A stretch of 64,000 nucleotides of DNA from Squalus acanthias (lineage: Eukaryota): positions 131,814,001 through 131,878,000 of the forward strand of contig CM059431.1 of NCBI GenBank assembly GCA_030390025.1, written 5' to 3'. Position numbers and translations under genes: made by a program. Shown one piece after another: positions 13,415 to 25,800 of the stretch (its first letter is position 1; each line of letters opens with the position of its first letter). Under the pieces are notes generated by a model. The model made no database searches and had not been told where the DNA came from. It saw only the letters and a program-made list of their open reading frames with translations.

Positions 13415-14368
13415 CAACAACAGCAACCTACAATGATATAGCACCTTTAACATAGAAAAATGTCCCAAGGCACTTCACGGAGGTGTAATAAATAGAAATG
13501 GACACCGTGCTAAAAGCTTGGTCAAAAAGGTGGGTTTTAAGTAGGGTTTTAAAGTAGGAGTGGGAGGTGGAGACATGGAGAGGTTTAGGAAAGGAATTCT
13601 GGAGCATGGGATCTAGGCTGTTGAAGGCACGACCTCCACTAGTAAGGCAAAGGAAGTCAAGGATACACAAGAGACCAGAGTCAGAGTAACAAGAGTTTGG
13701 CCGGGGAGGTTATAGAGCTGGAGGAGGCTGTAGCGATAGAGAGGGGAAAGACCATCAAGGCATTTAAACATGAACATGAGAATTTTTAATTTGGTGTGCC
13801 GGTGATTGGGAAACAAAGTAGGTCAGTGAAGGCAGGGGTTATAAGCAAGCAGGACCTGATGTGGGATAGGATATGAGCAGCAGAATTTTGGATGAGCTGA
13901 AATTGCGGAGGATGGAGAATGGGAAGCCGGCCAGGAGAGCATTGGAACAGTTGAGACTGGAGGTGGCAAAAACATGGATGAGGTTTTAGATGGAAATGCG
14001 CATGACTATTTTAATTGGGGCCATTAAGTTAAATGCGCACAGCAGAACGTGCTGTTCACATCTTCGGGTTCCCAACCCACTACGCTTCCCGCACGCACGC
14101 AACCTGACTCCAGGTAAAGATTCTGACCGATGTCTTAAGAGGAAGTCTGAGGTCATTTAGGTGCTGTGGCAGTGGTGAAAACCTGATTGGAGAAATTCAA
14201 ACATAGAGTTGCAGGAAAGACAGGCACGGATTTGGGAGGTGACAATACATTCAAGGACTTTGGAGAGGAAAGGGAGATTGGAGATAGCGTGGTAATTTGT
14301 AAAGACTGAGGTGTCAAGGGTGGGTTTATTGAGGAGAGGGCAGCTGATGAAGGTGGTTTTGAAATGGA
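13415..14368 (-). mobile_element. L2-type LINE 3' portion; resumes at 21330-21800
   Basis: Tail (GTT)n with AAGGTGCTATA. The minus reading KLKILMFMFKCLDGLSP resembles the L2 ORF2 C-terminus. AATGGA is duplicated at 14363-14368 and 21330-21335. Confidence 0.7.
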
Positions 14369-17300
14369 ACGTAACTAGGGCTGTAGATAGGTCGAATAAC
14401 TAGGGCTGTAGATAGGGCTTTAAACTAAAAAAGGGGGGGAGGGGTCAGGTGATGGGAAATTTAGAAATCTAAAGAGAAAGGTCAAGGCAATAGAGCAGTG
14501 TAGCGATTTGGGTAAAAATAAACGTGTGACAGGAAGGGACAGAGGGGTAGAAATTAGGTGGCGCCCCATTTGGGGCGCAAATATCGTCTGGACGCAAATA
14601 TTAGCGCCTGGCGCTAATTATCGGCACTGACTGGAAACTTCACTTTTACCGCCCCGGGAGGTGAGTGGAGCGCTAAAGCAGGCGCTGCACACCTGTCTTA
14701 AGGCGCAAAGGCCAAGGAGTGAGGCGCTAACTCAGCGCGCTGGCGAAGCTCATGTAATGTCAGTCAGCAATGGAACACACACACAATGGCACGGGCCAGT
14801 TCTTAAAGGGGATGGTTAATCTTGCTTTCCATCCACATCCTGTTCATTGCAGCCTTGAATCTCGGCCTGGAGAGACTTGCACATCAAATGTGCTGGAAAG
14901 AACAATGGAGAGTACCAGGCAAAGAGCTCAGAGTGCAGCTCCCACAGTCTCTGCTAAATCGATAGAAGGAATGGCAAATCAAAATGAACCTGCAAAGTGC
15001 TGCTCACTACCCAAAACTCCTTCCCACAACGTTGAATCTCTCCAGATGTCTCTCCCTCTCTCTCTCAGAATGCGTAGTTCAAAAATGCCACCAACAATAA
15101 AAGACAGGAAGAGGCCCCCTTTAAATAGCGCCTCCCCCAGCCCCACAGCGATTGATAGCGTTCCAGTCTTCTGGTCGTTGGATGCGCCAGGCGGTAAGGC
15201 AGGGGGCGCCACTCAATTGAATGACGTCACAATCTGCGCGCGCAGGTGGTCGCAGCGGTAAGTTTTAGCGCCGCCGCACAATCTCAAGTTAAGTTCTCGA
15301 GCGGCGCAAACATCGCTGCGCCCGGGCGTTAGCAGCTTTGCGCCCCATTAGCGCCCTCTTAAGGCGCTAACGGGAGGCGCAACCAACTGAATTTTTCCCC
15401 CAGAGAGTTTAATGGTAGCAGTGCAGCAGAGAATAAGGTCAAAGCAGGGAATAATGGTAAAAATATTTAATTAAAGGCTCTTCATCTGAATGCACAAAGC
15501 ATTCGTAGCAAGATAGACGAACTAGTGGCACAAATAGAGATAAATGGGTTTGATCTAATAGCCATAACAGAGACGTGGTTGCAAGCTGGCCAAGGTTGGG
15601 AACTAAATGTTCCAGGGTACTTGACGTTTCGAAAAGACAGGAAGAATGGAAAAGGAGGGGGAGTAACCATGATAATAAAGGATGACATAAGGACAGTAGC
15701 GAGAAAGGATCTCGGCTCGGAAGTTCAGGAAGTCGAATCAGTATGGGTAGAGATAAGGAATAATAAGGGGCAAAAAACACTGGTAGGAGTAGCTATACCG
15801 TTGGACGAAATATTAATCAAGAAGTAGTAGGAGCGTGCAACAAAGGTAATGCAATAATCTTGGGGGACTTTAATCTTCATATAGACTGGACAAATCAAAT
15901 TGGCAAAGGTAGTCTGGAGGACGAGTTCATGGAATGCATTTGGGACAGTTTCCTAGAACAATATGTCATGGAACCAACAAGGGAACAGGCTATTTTAGAT
16001 CTTGTATTGTGTAATGAGACAGGGTTAATTAGCAATCTCATAGTAAAGGATCCTCTGGGGCAGAGTGATCATAATATGATAGAATTTCACGTTCATTTTG
16101 AGAGTGACTTGCCTAAGTCCGAAACTAGAGTCTTAAACTTAAATAAAGCCAATTACATAGGTATGAGGGGCGAGTTGGCTAAGGCAGATTGGAAAAATAG
16201 ATTAAAAGGTATGGCGGTAGATAAGCAGTGGCTAACATTTAAAGAAATATTTCATAATCCTCAACAAAAATACATTCCATTGAGAAACAAAAACTCCATG
16301 GGAAAAGTGATCCGACCATGGCTAACTAAAGAAGTTAAGGATAGCATTAGATTGAAAGAAGAAGCTTATAATGTTGCAAAGAATAATAGTAAGCCTGAGG
16401 ATTGGGAGAGTTTCAGAAACCAGCAAAGGTTGAGCAAAAAATTGATACAAAGGGGAAAAAATAGAATGAGAGAAAACTAGCAAGAAACATAAAAGCAGAT
16501 TGTAAGAGTTTCTACATGTATGTAAAAAGGAAAAGAGTAGCAAAAGTAAACGTTGGTCCCTTAGAGACTGAGACAGGAGAAATTATTATGGGGAATAAGG
16601 AAATGGCAGAAATGTTAAACAAATATTTTGTATCTGTCTTCACAGTAGAAGACACAAAAAGCATACCAAAAATGGTGGGGAACCAAGGGTCTCATAAGGA
16701 TGAGGAACTTAACGTAATTAATATAAGTAGAGAAAAAGTACTAGAGAAACTAATGGGACTAAAAGCCGACAAATCCCCTGGACCTGACGGCCTACACCCT
16801 ATTGTTCTAAAAGAGGTGGTTGAAGAGATAGTGGATACATTGGTTTTGATCTTCCAAAATTCCCTAGATACTGGAGAGGTCCCAGCTGATTGGAAGGTCG
16901 CAAATGTAACAGCGCTATTCAAGAAAGGAGGGAGAAAAAAAACATGGAACTACAGGCCAGTTAGCCTGACATCAGTCGTCGGGAAGATGCTGGAATCCAT
17001 TGTTAAGGAAGTGGTATCAAGTCACTTAGAAAATCATAACATGATTAGGCAGAGTCAACATGGTTTTATAAAAGGGAAATCGTGTTTAAAAATTTATTAG
17101 AGTATTTTGAGGATGTAACCAGCAGGGTAGATAAAGGGGAACCAGTGGATGCAGTATATTTGGATTTCCAAAAGGCATTTGATAAGGTTCCACATAAAAG
17201 GTTATGACACAAGATTAGGGCTCATGGGGTTGGGGGTAATATAATAGTATGGATAGAGGATTGGTTAACAGACAGAAAACAGAGAGTAGGGATAAACGGA

Positions 17301-18350
17301 TCTTTTTCAGGTTGGCAGGCTGTAACTAGTGGGGTGCCGCAAGGATCAGTGTTGGGACCTCAGCTATTTACAATCTATATTAATGACCTAGATGAAGGGA
17401 CCGAGTGTAATTTATCCAAGTTTGCTGCTCATACAAAGCTAGGTGGGACAGTAAGCTGTGAGGAGAACACAAAGAGTCTGCAAAGGGATATAGATAGACT
17501 AAGTGAGTGGGCAGTAAGGTGGCAGATGGAGTATAATGTAGGGAAATGTGAGGTTATTCACTTTGGTACGAAGAATAGAAAAACAGAATATTTTTTAAAT
17601 GGTGAGCAACTTTCAAATGTTGGTGTTCAGAGAGATTTGGGTGTCCTCGTGCAAGAAACACAGAGAGCTAGCATGCAGGTACAACAAGCAATAAGGAAGG
17701 CAAATGGCATGTTGGCCTTTATTGCAAGGGGGTTGGAGTATAAGAGTAAGGAAGTCTTGCTACAATTGAACATGGCCTTGGTGAGACCACACCTGGAGTA
17801 CTGTGCACAGTTTTGGTCTCCTTATCTAAGAAAGGATATACTTGCCTTGGAGGCGGTACAATGAAGGTTCAGTAGATTGATTCCTGGGATGAGAGGGCTG
17901 TCCTATGATGAGAGATTGTGTAGAATGGGCCTATACTCTCTGGAGTTTAGAAGAATGAGATGTGATCTCATTGAAACATACAAGATTCTGAAGGGGATTG
18001 ACAGGGTAGATGCTGAGAGGTTGTTTCCCCTGGCTGGTGTGTCTAGAACTAGGGGGCATAGTCTCAGGATAAGGGGTAGGCCATTTAAGACAGAGATGAG
18101 GAAGAATTTCTTCACTCAGAGGGTTGTGAATCTTTGGAATTCTCTGCCCCAGAGGGCTGTGAATGCTGAGTCTTTGAGTATATTCAAGGCTGAGATAGAT
18201 AGATTTTTGGACTCTAGGGGAATCAAGGGATATGGAGATCGGGTGAGAAAGTGGAGTTGAGATCGATGATCAGACATGATCTTATTGAATGGTGCAGCAG
18301 GCTCAAGGGGCCGTATGGCCTACTCCTGTTCTTATTTCTTATGTTCTTAT
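14369..18350 (+). mobile_element. Near-full-length CR1 LINE (end of ORF1, APE endonuclease, RT), disrupted
   Basis: IAITETWL, GDFNLH and SDHN endonuclease motifs; RT motifs PQGSVLGP (FADD mutated to FAAH); stops and frameshifts; tail TTCTTATGTTCTTA near 18340. Colinear with the copy at 61320-63846. Confidence 0.95.
14544..15401. mobile_element. Harbinger-type MITE (858 bp) inserted in CR1
   Basis: TIR GGGGTAGAAATT / AATTTTTCCCCC and TSD AGA. The empty site GGAAGGGACAGAGAGTTTAATGG is visible in the sister CR1 at about 61415-61437. Confidence 0.9.
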
Positions 18351-18351
18351 T

Positions 18352-18621
18352 AGAATTAGGAGCAGGAGTAGGCCATACAGCCCCTCGAGCCTGCTCCGCC
18401 ATTCAATAAGATCATGGCTGATCTTCGACCTCAACTCCACTTTCGAGCCCAATCTCCATATTCCTTGATTCCCTTAGAGTCAAAAAATCTATCTATCTCA
18501 GCCTTAAATATACTCAATGAATGAGCATCCACTACCCTTTGAGGTAGAGAATTCCAAAGATTCACAACCCTCTGAGTGAAGAAATTTCTCCTCGTCTCAG
18601 TCTTAAATGGTTGACCCCTTA
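18352..18621 (-). mobile_element. CR1 3' end, tail-to-tail with the previous CR1; continues at 21207-21329
   Basis: Reverse complement of 18070-18335. The sequence resumes (TCTTGAGACTATGCCCC) after the nested CR1. Confidence 0.9.
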
Positions 18622-21206
18622 TAAGAACATAAGAACATAAGAACTAGGAGCAGGAGTAGGCCAATTGGCCCCTCGAGCCTGCTCCGCCATTCAATAAGAT
18701 CATGGCTGATCTGATCCTAATCGCCAATCTACTATCACAGAACCATCTTCTGAATCTAACAGAATTGGACGCACGAAATAGGAGCAGGATCAGGCTACAC
18801 AGTCCCTGGGCCCGCTCCGCTACCCACAGGGCCATGACCGATCCGAACCTAGACTCATGTCCAAATTCCTGCCCGCTCCCCGTAACCCTTAATTCCCTTT
18901 ACTTCTAGGAAACTGTCTATTTCTGTTTTAAATTTATGTAATGATGTAGCTTCTACAGCTTTTTGGGGCAGCATATTCCATGGACCTACCACCCTCTGAG
19001 TGAAGTAGTTCCTCCTCATCTCAGTTTTGAAAGAGCAGCCCCTTATTCTAAGACTATGCCCCCTAGTTCTAGTTTCACCCATCATCGGGAACATCCTCCC
19101 CGCATCCACCCGATCCAACCCCTTCACAATCTTATATGTTTCAATAAGATCGCCTCTCATTCTTCTGAACTCCAATGAGTAGAGTCCCAATCTACCCAAC
19201 CTCTCCTCATATGTCCATCCCCTCATCCCCGGGATTAACCGAGTGAACCTTCTTTGTACTGACTCGAGAGCAAGGATGTCTTTTCTTAAATATGGACACC
19301 AAAACTGTATGCAGTATTCCAGGTGCGGTCTCACCAATACCTTGTACAACTGAAGCAATACCTCCCTATTTTTATCTTCTATCCCCCTAGCAATGAAAGC
19401 CAACATTCCATTGGCCTTCTTAATCACTTGCTGCACCTGCATACTAACCTTTTGAGTTTTGTGCACCACTACCCCCAGATCCCTTTGTACTTCAGTACTT
19501 TCCAGTTTCTTGCCATTTAGATAATAACTTGCTCTACTATTTTTCCTGCCAAAGTGCATAACCTCACACTTTCCAGTATTGTATTCCATCTGCCAAATCT
19601 CTGCCCACTTACTTAGCCTGTCTAAGTCCCCTTGCAGATTTTTTATGTCCTCCTCACTCACTACTTTCCCTCCCATCTTAGTATCATCTGCAAACTTTGA
19701 TATGTGACACTCGGTCCCCTCCTCCAAATCGTTAATATAGATTGTAAAGAGTTGGGGACTCAGCACTGACCCCTGCGGAACACCACTAGTTACTGATTGC
19801 CAGTCTGAGAATGAACCATTTATCCCAACTCTCTGCCTTCTGTTAGATAGCCAATCCTCTATCCATGCCAGAATATTACCCCCAATCCCGTGATTTTTTA
19901 TCTTAAGCAATAATCTTTTGTGTGGCACCTTGTCAAATGCCTTTTGGAAGTCTAAATACACCACATCCACTGGTTCCCCTTTATCCACCCTGTATGTTAC
20001 TTCCTCAAAGAACTCCAGCAAATGTGTCAAACATGACTTCCCCTTCATAAAACCATGCTGACTTTGTCCTATTAAATTATGATTATCCAAATGTCCCGTT
20101 ACTGTCTCCTTAATAATGGACTCCAAAATTTTACCTACCACAGATGTTAGGCTATAGTTTCCAGCCTTCTGTCTACTGCCCTTTTTAAATAAGGGTGTTA
20201 CATTAGCAGTTTTCCAGTCTGCCGGGATCTTTGCTGAGTCCAGAGAGTTTTGGAAAATGATTACCAATGCATCCACAATCCCTACCGCCACTTCCCTCAA
20301 GACCCTAGGATGTAAGCCATCAGGTCCAGGTGATTTATCCGCCTTGAGTCCCATTATTTTACCGAGTACCACTTCCTTAGTGATTTTAATCGTGTTTAGC
20401 TCCTCCCCCCCTATAGCCCCCTGTTTGTCCAGTGTTGGGATATTCTTAGTGTCCTCTACTGTAAAGACTGATACAAAATATTCATTCAGTGTTTTTGCCA
20501 TCTCCATATTTCCCACCATTAATTTCCCGGTCTCATCCTCTAAGGGACCAACATTTACTTTAGCCACCCTTTTTCTTTTTATATAACTATAAAAACTCTT
20601 ACTATCTGTTTTTATATTTTTTGCTAATTTACTTTCATAATCTATCTTCCCTTTCTTAATCAATCTTTTTGTTATTTTTTTGCTGTCTTTTAAAGTTTTC
20701 CCAATCCTCTATCCTCCCACTAGATTTGGCTACCTTATACCCCTTGTTTTTAGTCGAATACTATCCTTAATTTCTTTACTTAGCCACGGATGACTGTCTT
20801 TTCTTTTACACCCTTTTCTTCTCAGTGGAATATATATTTTTTGGAAGTTGTAAAATAACTCCTTAAATGTACACCATTGATCATGTATCGTCTTACCCTT
20901 TAATCTATTTTCCCAATCCACTCTACTCAATTCTGCTCGCATACCTTCATAGTCTCCTTTATTCAAGCTTAGCACGCTTGTTTGATATCCAACCTTCTCA
21001 CCCTCTAGTTGAATATGGAATTCAACCATGTTATGGTCACTCATTCCAAGGGGATCCTTTACTAGGACATTTTTAATTAATCCTGTCTCGTTACACAGGA
21101 TCAGATCTAAGGTTGCTTGCCCCCTGGTCGGTTCAGTTACATACTGCTCAAGAAACCCATCCCTAATACACTCAATGAACTCATCCTCAAGGCAGCCCTG
21201 CCCATT
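18622..21206 (-). mobile_element. Young 5'-truncated CR1 LINE with an uninterrupted 602-aa RT-containing ORF (18855-20663)
   Basis: [28 protein letters not shown] and FADD motifs; endonuclease C-terminal part upstream; (TTCTTATG)n tail. Confidence 0.95.
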
Positions 21207-21329
21207 TATCTTGAGACTATGCCCCCTAGTTCTAGACTCTCCAGCCAGGGGAAACAACCTTTCAGCATCTACCCTGTCAATCCCCCTCAAAATCTTATAT
21301 GTTTCAATGAGATCACCTCTCATTCTTCT

Positions 21330-21800
21330 AATGGAGGAGGACAGTACCTAATGAAAACAACCATTTACAATGTCAGCTAACATCGGGCCAGGAAGGGAAG
21401 TTGGTTGGTCAGCAGTTTATTGGAATGGGGTTAAAGGAATAGGAAGTGGGCCTCATGGCCGAGATGAGCTCAGAGAGGACATGAGAGGAGATGGGAGTGA
21501 AACTGGAGTCCTGGGCTAGGCCTGAGAGGGAGGTTTAGCTTGATGGTTAGGGGGAAATAGAAGCAGCAGAGGCAGCTGAATGGATGGTCTCAATCTTAGT
21601 GACAAAGAAGTCCATGTGCTGATTGTATTTGTTGTTGGAGGTGAGGGTGGAGGGGGCAGGGAAAGGAGTTGAAGGAGATGGTTGATATTGGAGCAAAAAT
21701 GCTGGGTGTTGTCTTTGCTCTACAGAATGATCCTGGATTAGTAGACTGTTTCAGTAGAGGAGACTGAGGCTCAATAGTTCTTGATGTGGTTCAGACAGAT
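21330..21800 (-). mobile_element. Continuation of the L2-type LINE from 13415-14368
   Basis: Same purine-rich antisense L2 character, and it joins across the AATGGA duplication. Confidence 0.55.
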
Positions 21801-21842
21801 CTCATGATGATGTTTGGCTGAATAATGTTTTGAAGGAGGGAG

Positions 21843-22025
21843 GGGGATACTTTTGACTTCACTGCATGAGCAGTAATGTGGCGGAGCAGATCACCCATGC
21901 ATTATAGAACCTGTCTGATTTTCATTCCATTCATTTCAATTAAATGAAAATTGGACGGGTTCTATAACGGGCAGATAATCTGCTTTGCCAGATTACCACC
22001 CAAGCAGTGATGTTGAAAATTTACC
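21843..22025. mobile_element. Palindromic MITE (about 185 bp)
   Basis: The left half (..TCACTGC..GTAAT.TGGC..AGCAGAT..TTATAGAACC.GTC..ATTTTCATT) is the imperfect reverse complement of the right half. Confidence 0.8.
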
Positions 22026-22871
22026 TTTTGGATCTCTTCTTCCAGAACCGATCCTGTTGGAAATTGCTGCAATTCATTTTCTAGTATTTGTTGATGGAGT
22101 TTGTGTAATTTTAAATTGTAGTCTCATGATAGTTCAATAAAATGTGAGGTATTAGAGAAACAGTACTCCCTCGACAAATATTATATCAGTTATATAAATG
22201 ATTGCACTGTTATGTGTATTCCCTTTGCCCCAGTCTAGTTAGATTCCAACTATTTAAATATTTAAAATTCATCTTTGCCAGCTCTGTTGCTTATTCTGTA
22301 AATAGTAAAATAAAAAAAGACAATGCAGTGATGACACCTTCACCCAAAATAGATTGCTCAGCTGCACACAAGCGACTTTCAAATGTTCTCAGTCAACAAG
22401 GAGAGAATACCTTCTGATCTCTAAACTGGCAGTTGTTTACCCATCTAGATTGAAAATTTATGTTCTATTTTCACAACATTTGTAACCTTGAAACAAACCT
22501 GTCATTTCTTGCGGGTGTTAGCACTTTCTGACAGTACTGACGAGCTGGCTATCCCTGAATCATTCCTAATGGAGCAGGTAGAAAATGGGATTCCATCCAA
22601 ACTTGTTATCTTTCAGTGAGATCATGGCAAATGTGATGATCAAATTAGTCTATATTTCAAATATCTTCAAAGAATTTCCGACATAAAGTTTGGTTATATG
22701 ACAGGGACAATTGAAATAGCTTTTAAAATGGTATCTTGGATTGGAGTTGCATCTGTTAATCAGAATGTCCAGACTTCACCTGGGCTCAGACAAGGCAAAC
22801 TGTATCCAGTGGTTCAGAGATCTATCAAATTATTACAATTCAATCAGCCAAATCAGGATGTGACACAGTTA

Positions 22872-25800
22872 GGCCGCAATTTTCTTAGCGGTGTCGGGAT
22901 AGTGGCGGGAGAGCTGGTTTCCGGGTTCCGGTCCTGTTCCCAGCTGCAGCCGCTCTGTCAAAGGGATTTTCCCTTAATTGGTCTTGTTAAGCCCGCCCTG
23001 CGGGCTTCCCAGCCAATTAACAGGAAGCGGGTCTGATGACGTCATTTTCCTTAAAGGGACCACGGCCACATTGAGTTTGACAGGTGTACTGTCAGTGTTT
23101 GACAGCATTGAGGTGCTGCAAACACTGACAAGCACTGCACAAAGGTGGACGCTTGCTCCAAGGCTCTCCAATGACTCCCTCCATATGCTTGTGGAGGGAG
23201 TCACAGCACGCAGGGAGGTTCTCTTCCCTTCCAAGGCGGAAGAGACCTCCCCAGGACACCTGGTTACACATTGCACAGGAGGGCAAAAGCAGGGATGTTG
23301 TCAGGGGTCCCTGGCTGCAGTGGCGCCAACCTTTCAATGATCTCAGTGGATCACGAAACATTACTGCAAAGCCACACTCAAACGCACCCTGCTGTGCCAC
23401 TCAACACATCCCCATCACTCTGCCTTCCATACCCTTCTCCTGCACATCCTTACTCACACCAACTTACCTTGCAACTCCACCCAACCCTCTCTATCTACAT
23501 TATCACTTCCCCATCTCACTAGTCACCCCTCACACTCACCCTCATCCTACTGCAAGCATACCAACTAACAACACACAAGGGTAGGCACTTGAGAGGTTTA
23601 GCCAATGTCCATGTGAGGTTTCTGGTAATATGCTGTCCTACAATGAAATCTATATTTTCAACAATGCCCCTTATTGGACAGATCTGTGCGCACCTTGAGA
23701 AGTGTCTTACTGAGTTCCAGTGAATGTTGAGACATGACTCCCCCCCCCGCCCTGCCCCGCACCCCCACCCCCACCCCAGCTATAGTGATGAGTGTGCATG
23801 GAATGGCTTGGACATTAAAGGGATGCTTTACGGTGCTGGTGTGGGATGATCTCAACCTGGCGCATCATGAGGCAGCCAGGGTTTACAGCGTCAAGACATA
23901 GGTAGAAAGAGGGATGAGGTCCTGCAGCAAGAATTTAGGGAGCTAGGTAGCAGATTAAAAAGCAGGACCTCAAAGGTTGTAATCTCTGGATTACTCCCAG
24001 TGCCACGTGCTAGTGAGTATAGGAATAGGAGGATAGAGCAGATGAATGCGTGGCTAAAGAGTTGGTGCAGGAGGGAGGGCTTTAGTTTCCTGGATCACTT
24101 GGTCTGTTTCTGGGGAAGGTGGGACCTGTACAAGTCGGATGGGTTGCAACTGTACCGGAACGGGACCAACATCCTTGCGGGGAGGTTTGCTAGTACTGTT
24201 GGGGGGGGTTTAAACTAACTTAGCAGGGGGATGGGATACGGAGTGGAGCTATAGTAGGGGGTGATGCACTGCCAAATATAGAGGAAAAATCAAGTCAGCC
24301 TGGAAGGCAGAGCAAATATGTAACGGCACAAGGGAGTATGGCAAGGCTGAATGGCATTTATTTTAATGCAAGGAGTCTTGCGAGTAAGGCAGATGAATTG
24401 AAGGTGTTGATGAACACATGGGAGTATGATATTGTTGCTATCACAGAGACATGGTTGAGGGAGGGGCAGGACTGGCAGCTCAATATTCCGGGGTATAGAA
24501 TCTTCAGGCGAGACAGAGGGGGGTGTAAAAGAGGAGGGGGTGTCGCAATATTAATCAAGGAGTCAATTACTGCTGTAAGGAGGGATGATATCTTCGCAGG
24601 TTCCTCTAATGAGGCCATATGGGTAGAACTTAAAAACAAAAAGGGGGCAAGCACTTTGCTGGGAGTGTACTATAGGCCCCCAAACAGTCAGGGGGAGATA
24701 GAGGAACAGATATGTAGGCAAATCTCAGAGAAGTGTAGAAATAATAGGGTAATAATAGTAGGGGATTTCAACTTCCCCAATATTAACTGGGATAGTCAGA
24801 GTGTGAAAGGCTTAGAGGGTGCGGAATTCTTAAAGTGCATCCAGGAGAGCTTTTTGAGCCAGCATGTAGAAAGTCCTACAAGAGAGGGGGGACCTAATTC
24901 TAGGGAATGTAGCCGGGCAAGTGGTACAAGTGTCAGTAGGAGAGCATTTTGGTGACAGTGACCATAATTCGGTGAGATTTAAGGTAGTCATGGAAAAAGA
25001 CAAAGATGGACCGGAAATAAAGGTTCTAAATTGGGGGAAGGCCGATTTTAATATGATAAGGCAGGATCTGGCCAAAGTGGACTGGGATCAGCTACTTGTA
25101 GGAAAATCCACATCAGAGCAGTGGGAGTCTTTCGAAAGGAAATAGAGAGAGTACAACGCCAACATGTTCCCGTAAAGGTCAATGGTGGGACCAACAAGCC
25201 CAGGGAACCCTGGATGTCAAGGGATATACAAGAATGGATTAGGAAAAAAAGGGAGTCTTTTGGCAGATACAAAGGACTAAAAACAGTGGGAGCCCTAGAG
25301 GAGTATAGAAAGTGCAGGGGGGTACTTAAAAAAGAAATTAGGAGAGCAAAGTGGGGCATGAAAAAACACTGGTGGGCAAAATAAAGGAAAATCCCAAGGT
25401 GTTTTATAAGTATATTAAGGCAAGAGGATAACCAGGGAAAGAGTAGAGCCCATTTGGGACCAAAGTGGCAATCTGTGTGTCGAGCCAGAAGATGAAGGTG
25501 AGGTTTTAAATGTATATTTTGCTTCTGTGTTCACTATGGAGAAGGACGATGTAGGCATAGAAATCAGGTAGGGGATTGTGATATACTTGAACAAATTTGT
25601 ATTGAGAGGGAGGAGGTACTAGCGGTTTTAGCGGGCTTAAAAGTGGATAAATCCCCAGGCCCAGACGAGATGTATCCCAGGCTGCTGTGTGAGGCAAGGG
25701 AGGAGATTGCAGGGGCTCTGACACAAATTTTCAGAACCTCTCTGGCCACAGGGGAGGTGCCAGAGGACTGGAGGACAGCTAACGTAGTACCATTATTCAA

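Noticed and set aside
18855..20663. 602-aa RT ORF as a domesticated or active gene
   Set aside because: Ordinary young CR1 copy, 5'-truncated, with a frame break upstream, no promoter or ORF1, and a small deletion in the NYRPVSL motif.
20730..21323. 197-aa ORF with C-terminal CR1 sequence placed before endonuclease sequence
   Set aside because: Chance in-frame fusion across the junction of two nested CR1 copies at ~21206.
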